Part shown: one piece after another, positions 37,165-46,112 of the stretch
How positions within the stretch are numbered: the first letter of the stretch is position 1
Layout: the number at the start of each line of letters is the position of its first letter
Source: Candidatus Iainarchaeum sp.
GTDB lineage: Archaea; Iainarchaeota; Iainarchaeia; Iainarchaeales; DTGL01
Assembly: GCA_026413945.1 (NCBI GenBank)
Contig: JAOAJX010000002.1
Span: 85,536 to 149,535 of the forward strand
DNA length: 64,000 nt
Direction of reading: 5' to 3'
The notes under the pieces: model-generated
The model's input: only the letters and a program-made list of their open reading frames with translations
Told to the model about the DNA's origin: nothing
The model's database searches: none
Translations under genes and position numbers: made by a program

Positions 37165-38371
37165 ATTTTTTTTCTTTAATCATAGAAGCGGTTTTGCTAA
37201 CCGCTTCTAAAAATAGCTCTACCTCTTCTTTTGTATTGTAAAAACAAAGGGATGCGCGGACACTTGGCTGCAATCTATTGCGTAAATACCAGTTATGTGC
37301 ACAGTGCATGCCACTTCGCACAGCAATCCTATAAAGCTCATCTAATATTATTGCAACCTCTGCTGATGAGAAACCCTTGATGCGGAAATTAACAATAGCA
37401 ACTTTTTTTCTGATATCTGAAACACCCACGTATTGCAAACCATCGGTTTCCAAAAGCCCCGATGTAAGCAACTTATCAAGTCTTCTCTCATATTTTTCGA
37501 TATTTTTATAGCCAATTCTATTGAGGTAATGGCATGCTGTGTCCAAGCCGATGATGCCAGCGTAATCCTGTAAACCTGCCTCAAAACCAGAATTGCTGCT
37601 CTTAAGCACATATTTTTTTTCAGTTGATTTTTCAACTGCGCCACCACCATAAACTAGTGGAGATATTTTGGAAAGAAGCTCCTTTTTGCATATTAGCCCA
37701 CCAATAGAAGGCCCACACATCTTATGACCGCTAAAAGCAAGAAAGTCTAAATCTAATTTAGAAACATTTGGCTTTTTGTGCAAAGAACTTTGTGCAGCAT
37801 CAATCATAACCGGAATGCCCTTTCTGTGAGCATCTGATATTATTTCTCTTATCGGAAGGACATAGCCATCTATGTTGCTGATATGAACCAAGGATATTAA
37901 CCCAACACTTTTTGAAAGCTGCCTTTCAAAAAAGCCAATGTCGTACTCTAAATCTTTTCTACTAGGAACTACAGTTATTGCCAAGCCGCGCCTTTTTTGA
38001 ACCAGCCAAGGCACAAGATTTGAGTTATGCTCACGGTCACTAATAATAATTTTTTTCTTTTTACCGAATTTAAAGCTGTTTGCAACAATATTTATTGCCT
38101 CGGTTGCATTTTTGGTGAAGATTAAGCAATATGAGTTATCAGCACCGAAGTATCGCAAGATGTTTTCTCTTGCCCTTTGTATCTTTTCAGTCAGCTCTGC
38201 GCCAAGCGCATGTGTTGAGCGCTCTGCACATACTCCGCTGTTTTCATAATACCAAGAGACTGCTTCCAAAACTTGTTTTGGTTTAAGAGTGGTGCAAGCA
38301 CTGTCAAAATATACTATTTCTCTTTTTTGCAAAACTGGGAAATCAGCCCTTATGCTCTTTACGTTTAGCAT
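37136..38371 (-). CDS. Cysteine desulfurase (SufS-like class V aminotransferase)
   Basis: [39 protein letters not shown]; 3' end overlaps rpl12 by 29 nt. Confidence 0.92.
   Translation of the reverse strand: MLNVKSIRADFPVLQKREIVYFDSACTTLKPKQVLEAVSWYYENSGVCAERSTHALGAELTEKIQRARENILRYFGADNSYCLIFTKNATEAINIVANSFKFGKKKKIIISDREHNSNLVPWLVQKRRGLAITVVPSRKDLEYDIGFFERQLSKSVGLISLVHISNIDGYVLPIREIISDAHRKGIPVMIDAAQSSLHKKPNVSKLDLDFLAFSGHKMCGPSIGGLICKKELLSKISPLVYGGGAVEKSTEKKYVLKSSNSGFEAGLQDYAGIIGLDTACHYLNRIGYKNIEKYERRLDKLLTSGLLETDGLQYVGVSDIRKKVAIVNFRIKGFSSAEVAIILDELYRIAVRSGMHCAHNWYLRNRLQPSVRASLCFYNTKEEVELFLEAVSKTASMIKEKKFSQTKSSIR
37183..37209. terminator. Perfect 11-bp inverted repeat at the convergent rpl12/sufS junction
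   Basis: TAGAAGCGGTT-ttgct-AACCGCTTCTA, just after the T-tract that follows the rpl12 stop. Confidence 0.5.
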
Positions 38372-38424
38372 TAAAATATTGTGTTTGCATAAAATATAAA
38401 ATAACTTTTGGCTATCCATAAGGT

Positions 38425-40794
38425 GTGATCTATATGAAAAGCCGAGGCATACTGTTGCTTATACTTACAACTTATTTAATGAGCAGCTGCTATGCAATAG
38501 TAGAAAATGGAAGCATTCCAATCTTTGCAGTAGTAGAATCTGAAACCTCCGCTGTGAAAGCTGAGCTCAACATAAGCATAGTGCCAGGAAATGGCAGAAT
38601 ATGGAGTTCTGTTGGGCCTCTTATAGGGACTTCAACACAGCACACTGAGAAAGTAGCAGTGAATGTTGCAAGAAACTATTCAAAGGATGTTAATAAATAT
38701 GACTATATGTTTGACATAAAATCCGATGCAAGCGTTGTTGAGGGACCAAGCGCTGGTGCAGCAATGGCTCTTTTGCTTATTTCAATGCTTCAAGACAAAA
38801 AGCTACCAAACTATGTTTCCATAACAGGCCAAATATATGAAGATGGCACGGTGGGCTCTGTTGGCGGCGTTTACCTAAAAGCTCAGAAAGCACATGAATC
38901 AGGCATAAAGCTTTTCCTCATACCAAAAGGTGATGCTTACCAGACACACATGTTTCCAGATGGGATAAAAACAGTGAACCTTGTCGAGTATGCCCCAAAA
39001 AATTGGGGCCTAGTAGTAGTTGAGGTTTCAGATATAGATGAAGCATTAAAATATGCATTTATGGATCTCAGCGAAATAGACGTTAATACAAAAATAAAGG
39101 AACAAGAGCCGTTTGCTCCACAAATGAAAGTTTTAAAGGACAAAATGAAGCCAATGAAAGAGCTAACAAAAAAATACATAGGTAATTGCAAGGAAGAGAT
39201 TAAAGAAGCAAAAGCTGCACTGAATGAGATTTCCAACCCAGATATGGAAGTAATGACTGCATTGCTTGAATCTATTACAAACGCTGAAAAACTTATGAAA
39301 GACGCTAACATGCTTTATGAGGCTAATTATTTATATTCGGCAGCCAACAATGCATTTCTTTCGTGTGTCTATGCTGGCTTTGTCAAAGATGTCGCAAAAA
39401 ATCTATCTCTATTGGAATCAGATTCAAGTACAATAACATTCTTGAAAGAAGAATTGATGGAAAAAGTCCAGGAAAGAAAAAATGTTTTAGAAAGCTTTTA
39501 TACTTTGGAGAGAAGCGACTGGCTTATTGCTGCAAAGCAAAGAATACTGTGGGCAGAAACTAGCTTGAAAGGCATGGAAAGTAGGTTAACAACTATTGAG
39601 AAGCTAAAGGACTATGAGTTCGCTGCCGGATGGTATAAGATTTCAGGTGATTTCTACAATATCGCACTCTCAGCAAAAGACAAGTTCACGGCAAAGCCGA
39701 ACCTAAAAGAAATTGCAAGAAAAAAGATAATAGAGGCTGAAAACTGCTACGCAAAGCTTTCTGAAAAGGACGATGACATTGAGAGGCGCATAAAGTCTGC
39801 AAAAGCTGGCATTGAAATTGGCTGGCATGATTCTGCAATAATGGATGCTGCAAGCGCATACAGCCTATGCAAATCACTTGATGAAATTGGCAAGAAAGGC
39901 CTTTCTGAAATAAAAGCAATGATTGAAGAAAAAAATAAAGAAGTTTACGATGAAATAAGCAAAGATAATTTACAAGTATGGGCTGAGCTTTATCTTGACC
40001 ATTCAGAATACTTCAAAAAGGCAGCTGATTATTACCAAGCGGAAGGAATGAATTCTAAAGCAATAGATAATGCAAAGGCAGCGCTGAGTTTAGCTTATCT
40101 TGCAGAACACACATTCAATTCATCCAAAGAAATAATCAAAGCTCTCCAAGAAGCCGATAAAAAAGAGCTTACAATAAAGCTGCCGCCTGCGGAAAACACA
40201 AAAAGCCAAACACCCGCCACAAACACTGGCCAACAGGGCAATGGCAAAGAAAATAGCGATAAAAGCAATGAATCAGCAGTGGCTTACATTTATATCTTGG
40301 CTGCTATTGCGGTTGTTGCAATTTTAATAATGGCTTCAATTTTTTTGCTGCATAGGGCTGAGCTAAAAAGACATCCTATAAAAAAGCACTTAAAAAGAAA
40401 GATTGCGAAGCTTGAAGAAGAACTAACAAAAATAAACAAACTGCATGCGAGAGGCAAAATAAATTCAGAAGAATATGCTGCAAAAAAAGCAGAGTATGAA
40501 AAGCAAATAACCAATTTGAAGAATGAGATTTCAAAATATTCAAAAAAACTTGTTGAGCTTGACAGGCAAGTTGGAGAAATGAAAGGCCTTGTTGCTGCTT
40601 TAGAACAGATAAGGTACCACTATTCAAAAGGCGAGATAACTGACGAAGATTACAACAAATTTGTTGAAGATTATAATGCAAAGATAGAAAAACTTAAGAT
40701 GCACATAAAGAATGCTTCAGAACTTGCTGAAGAGCTACAAAAAAGCAGAGGAGAAAGTGAGCCAAAAAAGCAGAGGAAAAATAAAGGGAATTGA
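38425..40794 (+). CDS. Membrane-anchored Lon-like (S16) serine protease without AAA domain
   Basis: Signal peptide, VEGPSAGAAM (Ser), ITGQI..DG.VG.VGGV.LK (Lys), TM helix at about aa 620-645, cytoplasmic coiled coil. Confidence 0.88.
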   Translation: MIYMKSRGILLLILTTYLMSSCYAIVENGSIPIFAVVESETSAVKAELNISIVPGNGRIWSSVGPLIGTSTQHTEKVAVNVARNYSKDVNKYDYMFDIKSDASVVEGPSAGAAMALLLISMLQDKKLPNYVSITGQIYEDGTVGSVGGVYLKAQKAHESGIKLFLIPKGDAYQTHMFPDGIKTVNLVEYAPKNWGLVVVEVSDIDEALKYAFMDLSEIDVNTKIKEQEPFAPQMKVLKDKMKPMKELTKKYIGNCKEEIKEAKAALNEISNPDMEVMTALLESITNAEKLMKDANMLYEANYLYSAANNAFLSCVYAGFVKDVAKNLSLLESDSSTITFLKEELMEKVQERKNVLESFYTLERSDWLIAAKQRILWAETSLKGMESRLTTIEKLKDYEFAAGWYKISGDFYNIALSAKDKFTAKPNLKEIARKKIIEAENCYAKLSEKDDDIERRIKSAKAGIEIGWHDSAIMDAASAYSLCKSLDEIGKKGLSEIKAMIEEKNKEVYDEISKDNLQVWAELYLDHSEYFKKAADYYQAEGMNSKAIDNAKAALSLAYLAEHTFNSSKEIIKALQEADKKELTIKLPPAENTKSQTPATNTGQQGNGKENSDKSNESAVAYIYILAAIAVVAILIMASIFLLHRAELKRHPIKKHLKRKIAKLEEELTKINKLHARGKINSEEYAAKKAEYEKQITNLKNEISKYSKKLVELDRQVGEMKGLVAALEQIRYHYSKGEITDEDYNKFVEDYNAKIEKLKMHIKNASELAEELQKSRGESEPKKQRKNKGN

Positions 40795-40796
40795 GG

Positions 40797-43748
40797 CTAT
40801 TGTTGAGCCACATCTGAAAGATGTTTTGTGAGATCAAGGCCGACTATTTGAGATCCTGATTTTGTAAGGGTAACTCCTAACACTTGCATCGCATATCTTA
40901 CAACCACATTGTTGTGAGTAATAACTATTATATGCGACTTCTTAGACAACTCTTCTAAAACCTTGCTAACCTTTATTGAATTTACCTCGTCCAATGCAGC
41001 ATCCGTTTCGTCCAAAAAATAAAGGGGTGCAGGCGCATACAAGAGTATTGCAAAAATGAAGGCCAGTGCTGTTAGGGTTTTTTCTCCGCCGCTCATCGCA
41101 TCTATTGACTGTAAATTTTCTTTGTGCCTTGCTTCAATTATTAGACCAGCTTTACTAATATCTTCGTAGTCTGTCAGACTAAGCTTGCCCGTGCCACCAA
41201 AAAAGTTGTAAAACATGTCAGAGAAGTTCTTGTTTATCTTCTCAAAGCAATCCATGAATATTTCTTTCTTCCTGATCTCTATTTTTTGAATCATATCAAT
41301 CACTGCTTTTTGTTCCTCTTCAAGCTTCTCTATCTTGGACTTGACTTCCAGAAGAAGTTCTTCTTCTTCCCTTACAGCTTCGCTTGCCCTAAGATTAACT
41401 GCACCAATTGTATTTAATTCACGATCAACGTCAGATAACATTTTTTTCATATCCTTAATTGGAACATCCTCTATGATTTGTGTCTTTGGAATCTCTTTTA
41501 GCTCTTCTTCAAGGTCTGCTAAACGCACTTCTGCTTTGCCAATTTCAATCCTTATTTCGTTGCTTTCGCGTTCTGCTTTAACTGAATCTGCTTCAACAAG
41601 GTTGAGCTCTGTCTTAAGCTTTTGAATCAGGCCTAAGAGACCTTCTTTCTCCTCAAGAAGTGAAGCTATCTGTTCACTCCTCTTAAGCTTCTTCTCCTCT
41701 ATCTTGGCAAGTTCTTTTTTGAGGCTTTCTAATGCCTTTGTTTTTTCCTCTTTTTGCTTGTTGAGCTGTTGCTTTTCAGATGAAAGCTCATTGATGCGAG
41801 CTCTTAAGGTCGCAATCCTTTCAGCAATATTCTCTATGTTAACTTCAGAAACACGCAAATTGCTTTCAAGAGTTGAAAGCTGGTCTTTTAATTCGGCTAG
41901 CTGTGAATATTTATCATCATAGCTAAAGTCTGAAAGCTCATCAAGAAGTTCTCTTTTTTCCGTACGGATTCTGTTAAGAGAAGATATCTTCTGTTCAAGA
42001 GCTGATATTTCGCCTGAAAGTACTTTAAGATCCTTTATGCTTCTTTTTTCCTCTTCTATTTTGAGTTTTATTTCATCTACTCTCTTAATCTCTTTTTCCT
42101 TGGCTTGCAATTCTTGAGATATTTTTGAAAGCTTACCTAACTCTAATTCGGTTTCCTTTATCTTATTTCGAATCTCTTTGAGGTTTTCTACGATAGATGC
42201 TTTTTGCATTTCAGAATTTTTCAATTCCTTAAGCTTTTTTTCATGGAGTTTTTTCTTTCTTTCTGGGTTTATATTGCTGTCACAAATAGGGCATTTTGCT
42301 GATGCGCTCTCTATGCTAACAATTGCCTCTTTTAGCTGATTTATAAGCCCGGTCTGCAATCCATCTTTGGTTAAGAGATCTCTCTCAAGTTCCTTTAGCT
42401 TTTTTAGCTTTTCCTCTAAAGATTTGGATTCAAGAACATTCAATTGCTCTTTAAGATTTGAAATAGATGTTCTTAGCTGATCACAATCTGTTAATTCAGC
42501 AGATAGCTCTTTTATTCTCTTTTCCCTTAAGTCATTTTCACCTTTTATTTCTCCAAATTCTTTTTGCTTTGTCTTTATTGTGTCTTGCAGATTTTCTATC
42601 TCTTGCTCAATTGAACGTATTTCTTCCTCAATTTCTGCCTTTCGCAAAGAAAGTGCCTCACTATCTTTCTTCTTTTGCTGAATTTCGCTTTCCATGGAGT
42701 TTATTATCGAATTCTGCTCTTCAATCTCAAGCCTTATTGCCTCTATTTGCTGTTGCTCTTCTTCCTGCCTTCTAAGCAAGCTTTGCAGCTCTGTGGCAAG
42801 TGAGTTTTCTTGTGATTCAATTTTTCCAACTGCTTTGGAATTGGCGCTTATTATTTCCTCCGAAACCCTTATCTCAGTTCTGAGCTCTTCTGCCTTTGCT
42901 CCAAACTCAAGATATATTTGTTGCTGTTCTTCAACAATACTCTTGCTTAATTCTTCGCTTTTCTTTTCGAATTCTGAAATTTTTTTGCTTATTGATTCTT
43001 TTTCAGATGACCTTTTAGACACTTTTTCCTGAAGTAGCCTAAGCCTTTCTTTATTCTTTTCAATTTCCTGCTTTATAGCTTTTGCTTCGGAGTTTATTAT
43101 GCTTGCCTTAAGCATATTTCTCCTTTCAACAAGGCCTTTATAGCGCTCTGCCTGCTCACGTTCCTTTTGCAGTTGCTCTAACCGCGCAAGTTTTTCTTGA
43201 AGCACGAGCTTAACATCCTTTATCCTTTCATTTACCTTATCAAGGTTAAGCTGTGCTTCTTTGCGCTTTATCTCAAATTCTTCTATGCCTGCAAGCTCAT
43301 CAATTATTGTGCGCCTCTGCTCTGGATTCATCTCTATTATGCGAGTTATATCGCCTTGTGCTATAAAATTGTGCTTGCTTCTAAGCCCCAACTCTTCAAC
43401 AAGTGAAACGAGCTCATTAAGCGTAACCTTCTTATCATTGATCCTGCATTCACTACGTCCCTTGTTGTCTATAAGCCTGCTTATTAGTATCTCTTCATTA
43501 TCGCGCTTAAGCTTAAGCTCAACCTTTGCATATTTTTCGGCTGAGCTGTAATTTACAAGCTCTGTTATCTTTCCCATCCTCAAGCTTTTCATTGATGTCT
43601 CGCCGAGGACAAAAAGCATCGCATCGAGAAGATTGCTTTTTCCAGAGCCATTTGGGCCTATGATTGCGGTAAGGCCTTTTTTGAAAGGTATCTCTGCGCT
43701 TCTGAACGATTTAAAGTTCTTGAGAACGAGCTTCTTTATTTCAACCAT
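40797..43748 (-). CDS. smc: SMC-family ATPase with condensin-type head and central CxxC zinc hook instead of a hinge
   Basis: NFKSF, GPNGSGKSN, KSLR, QGDI, GAVNLRA, MSGGEK, PLYFLDETDAALD, ITH; CPIC at aa 486-489 of 983. Confidence 0.9.
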   Translation of the reverse strand: MVEIKKLVLKNFKSFRSAEIPFKKGLTAIIGPNGSGKSNLLDAMLFVLGETSMKSLRMGKITELVNYSSAEKYAKVELKLKRDNEEILISRLIDNKGRSECRINDKKVTLNELVSLVEELGLRSKHNFIAQGDITRIIEMNPEQRRTIIDELAGIEEFEIKRKEAQLNLDKVNERIKDVKLVLQEKLARLEQLQKEREQAERYKGLVERRNMLKASIINSEAKAIKQEIEKNKERLRLLQEKVSKRSSEKESISKKISEFEKKSEELSKSIVEEQQQIYLEFGAKAEELRTEIRVSEEIISANSKAVGKIESQENSLATELQSLLRRQEEEQQQIEAIRLEIEEQNSIINSMESEIQQKKKDSEALSLRKAEIEEEIRSIEQEIENLQDTIKTKQKEFGEIKGENDLREKRIKELSAELTDCDQLRTSISNLKEQLNVLESKSLEEKLKKLKELERDLLTKDGLQTGLINQLKEAIVSIESASAKCPICDSNINPERKKKLHEKKLKELKNSEMQKASIVENLKEIRNKIKETELELGKLSKISQELQAKEKEIKRVDEIKLKIEEEKRSIKDLKVLSGEISALEQKISSLNRIRTEKRELLDELSDFSYDDKYSQLAELKDQLSTLESNLRVSEVNIENIAERIATLRARINELSSEKQQLNKQKEEKTKALESLKKELAKIEEKKLKRSEQIASLLEEKEGLLGLIQKLKTELNLVEADSVKAERESNEIRIEIGKAEVRLADLEEELKEIPKTQIIEDVPIKDMKKMLSDVDRELNTIGAVNLRASEAVREEEELLLEVKSKIEKLEEEQKAVIDMIQKIEIRKKEIFMDCFEKINKNFSDMFYNFFGGTGKLSLTDYEDISKAGLIIEARHKENLQSIDAMSGGEKTLTALAFIFAILLYAPAPLYFLDETDAALDEVNSIKVSKVLEELSKKSHIIVITHNNVVVRYAMQVLGVTLTKSGSQIVGLDLTKHLSDVAQQ

Positions 43749-43766
43749 GTGATAACCACTTGCAAT

Positions 43767-44564
43767 TTATTTTTTGTGTTTTGAATAATAGAGCGCTAAA
43801 GCACCAATGCAAAAAGCTGAGTTAAAAGTTCCAAATGCGGAAAATATCGCAAATATAGTTATGTTATCATCAAAAGGCTCAACCACAATATTGTACAAGA
43901 GAGCTGTCAAAAGCAGCACCAAAAGCAAGATAAAGCACAGCAGAACAGTAGCCCAAAAGTGATTATTGACAAAAGCCCAATTTTTTTTCAGGGCTTGTTT
44001 AGCATTTGTTTTTTCCTCTGCAAGCGCCGGCATAACAAAAGTAAACAGCCGTATGCAGATTATCAAAAAAATTAATAAAAACAAGGCAATTAGGCCAAAG
44101 TAAAGGTAAAGGTTAGGTATTGGCAATAATGCAACGACAAAAAAAAGGGTAAAGGCTGATACGAAGACAAGGAACATTATTCCTGAAAGCACAATAGCAT
44201 TCCATAAAGAGCCAATCGCAAAGGCCAAAGCGCTTATGATACTTATTTTTTTCTCCTTTGAAATTATGATTCGGCAATAGTAAATACTTACAAGCAGGAA
44301 AACAGCTAAGCTCAAGAAAGCATAACCAACAATGTAAAAAAGACCTTTTGGGTTTACACTATAAAAATAAGATAAGGCATGAAAAGGATTGCTCAGGGGA
44401 GCCTCTTTTGTTGATATCAGGTAAATAAAATCCAGAAGTTCAAGCTGGAAAAAAACAGATATATTTGCCAAGGCAAACATTGTGATGAAAACAGGCACAA
44501 GAGCAAAAGGCCTTTTAAACATCATGCCCAAAGAGCCTGACAAAGCACCAAGCATATTTATCAA
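43767..44564 (-). CDS. Polytopic membrane protein of unknown function
   Basis: About 6 TM segments; 18 nt upstream of smc on the same strand. Confidence 0.8.
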   Translation of the reverse strand: MINMLGALSGSLGMMFKRPFALVPVFITMFALANISVFFQLELLDFIYLISTKEAPLSNPFHALSYFYSVNPKGLFYIVGYAFLSLAVFLLVSIYYCRIIISKEKKISIISALAFAIGSLWNAIVLSGIMFLVFVSAFTLFFVVALLPIPNLYLYFGLIALFLLIFLIICIRLFTFVMPALAEEKTNAKQALKKNWAFVNNHFWATVLLCFILLLVLLLTALLYNIVVEPFDDNITIFAIFSAFGTFNSAFCIGALALYYSKHKK

Positions 44565-44616
44565 TTCTAATAAGTAATTGAATGTTTATATAACTTTCCT
44601 TGAACTGCATAAGCCA

Positions 44617-44961
44617 ATAAGTAAATCCGGAAATAACCAAATTTAAAAAAGCGTAACAAAAGGAATATAAACTGCAAAAAAGACCTGGACCTTGAGAAAA
44701 AAAGCAAAGGACTTAAAGGCAGAATTAGAAAAGTGCCGAGTTGACCCAAAAAGGAAGCTTACACGTTGGGAGTTAGGCTGATTGTACGACAGAATTCTAC
44801 TTCGTTGCAGGTAAAATTCACCAGAAGAGCTTCTGTTAGAGCTCGAGGCGATCTAATAGGCAATATCAAAAAGCAAGGCCTCAAAAAAAAGGCATTGGCT
44901 CACAGTGCAAAGAAATGCCATAATGGCGCTTCTTGAAAATTTATATGGTGAAAAGCATTAG
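44617..44961 (+). pseudogene. Possible decayed orphan gene with in-frame stops
   Basis: The frame reads KAKDLKAELEKCRVDPKRKLTRWELG*LYDRILLRCR*NSPEELLLELEAI**AISKSKASKKRHWLTVQRNAIMALLENLYGEKH*; TATA-like TTTATATA at about 44585. Confidence 0.4.
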
Positions 44962-44965
44962 TCGC

Positions 44966-45919
44966 CTATTCCAAAATCTCAACATCATCAACTTGGCCAT
45001 CGCTATCAAGGTCAAGGCCTTCAACCACATGCGCAATTCTGCCTTCTGAAAAGCTATTTGGCATTGCCATTTCTGCTGTCTTGAGCATTAAAGCAAGCAC
45101 TGACGCTTTAGTGCCAACGTTCCTTTTGCCGGCAAGAAAAAGTATGTAGCGCCCTTCAAAGAAAGGGTGCTTTATTTTTTCCACAATGCCAACTGAATCC
45201 TCAGTATATTCTTTTTCTGAGTTTTTGCTCTTTATAACCCAATGAGCATTTTTTTGTAAAAATCTAATGCTCAGATGCTCGTTAACCTCTGCACTGGTTT
45301 TATTTGTTATAGGGCCGCCCACCACAATAAGATTTGAATTTTCCTCGTTTATATTGCCAACCATAGTATCTAAGTATACAAACGGCTGTTTTATGCGGCT
45401 GCAAAAAAGCCCAAGAAAGCATGAAAGTTCAGCAGCAATGTGTGCATCCCGTGCTCTTGCCTTAAATATTCCGTGTGAATCTGGCGCACCTATAACAATT
45501 TTCGCATCTAAAGCACCATTTCTGATGAAAGGATAGAAAAAATCATTAATTGCTTTTGGCACGCTCTTTTCTTGGCCAATTATCTCTGTGTTTGACTTTT
45601 GCTCTGGAAAAGGCACAAATGCAAAACATTTTTTTGTTGCAACATAGTATTTTGCAAGCCCACCTTGCTTTTCCTCCTTTTTTGTCATCTCCAAGAGGCC
45701 TGCGCTCTTCAGTCTGTTGATATAGTAATAAACTTCTTGCTGCCCAAGGCCTAATTTCTTAGCAAGTTCTGCAGGATATTTTTCGCCAGAAGCAAACTCG
45801 CAGAATATGCGCCAACATTTTTCATTAAGAAGAGGCCTTATGGCTTCTGGAGATTCAAGAATTTCGCAAAAGCTTTGGTAAGTTTTGCCGTTTTTTTCAA
45901 ATGAAACTCGGCCTTCCAA
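44966..45919 (-). CDS. ArsR/TrmB-like HTH regulator with a C-terminal alpha/beta domain
   Basis: YPAELAKKLGLGQQEVYYYINRLKSAGL wHTH; C-terminal NLIVVGGPITN and LAG..VGTKA; divergent from glmS. Confidence 0.85.
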   Translation of the reverse strand: MEGRVSFEKNGKTYQSFCEILESPEAIRPLLNEKCWRIFCEFASGEKYPAELAKKLGLGQQEVYYYINRLKSAGLLEMTKKEEKQGGLAKYYVATKKCFAFVPFPEQKSNTEIIGQEKSVPKAINDFFYPFIRNGALDAKIVIGAPDSHGIFKARARDAHIAAELSCFLGLFCSRIKQPFVYLDTMVGNINEENSNLIVVGGPITNKTSAEVNEHLSIRFLQKNAHWVIKSKNSEKEYTEDSVGIVEKIKHPFFEGRYILFLAGKRNVGTKASVLALMLKTAEMAMPNSFSEGRIAHVVEGLDLDSDGQVDDVEILE

Positions 45920-46112
45920 AAATAACACCTAATAAAAATATATTACCACTAAAAAATAATTTTTAATTATAGTATGAAAACATTTTTATATATATGCTAT
46001 TTTACCAAAAAAGACCTAATAACCATTTTTTAGAGGTTATTTGCTTATTTTAGTGGCTTTTATATACAAAAAATCATAATTTTATATTAATTAGCTTCCT
46101 ACCGGTGCGCTT

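Noticed and set aside
40797-43748. Calling this protein Rad50 because of the CxxC hook
   Set aside because: Head and neck motifs (KSLR, QGDI, VNLRA, PLYFLDETDAALD) are Smc-type rather than Rad50-type (LDEPT), and no mre11 is adjacent.
44740-44840. RNase P-like words (AGGAAGCTT ... CAGAAGAGCTT)
   Set aside because: The two putative P4 halves are only about 70 nt apart and no P1-P3 stems could be built; too short for RNase P RNA.
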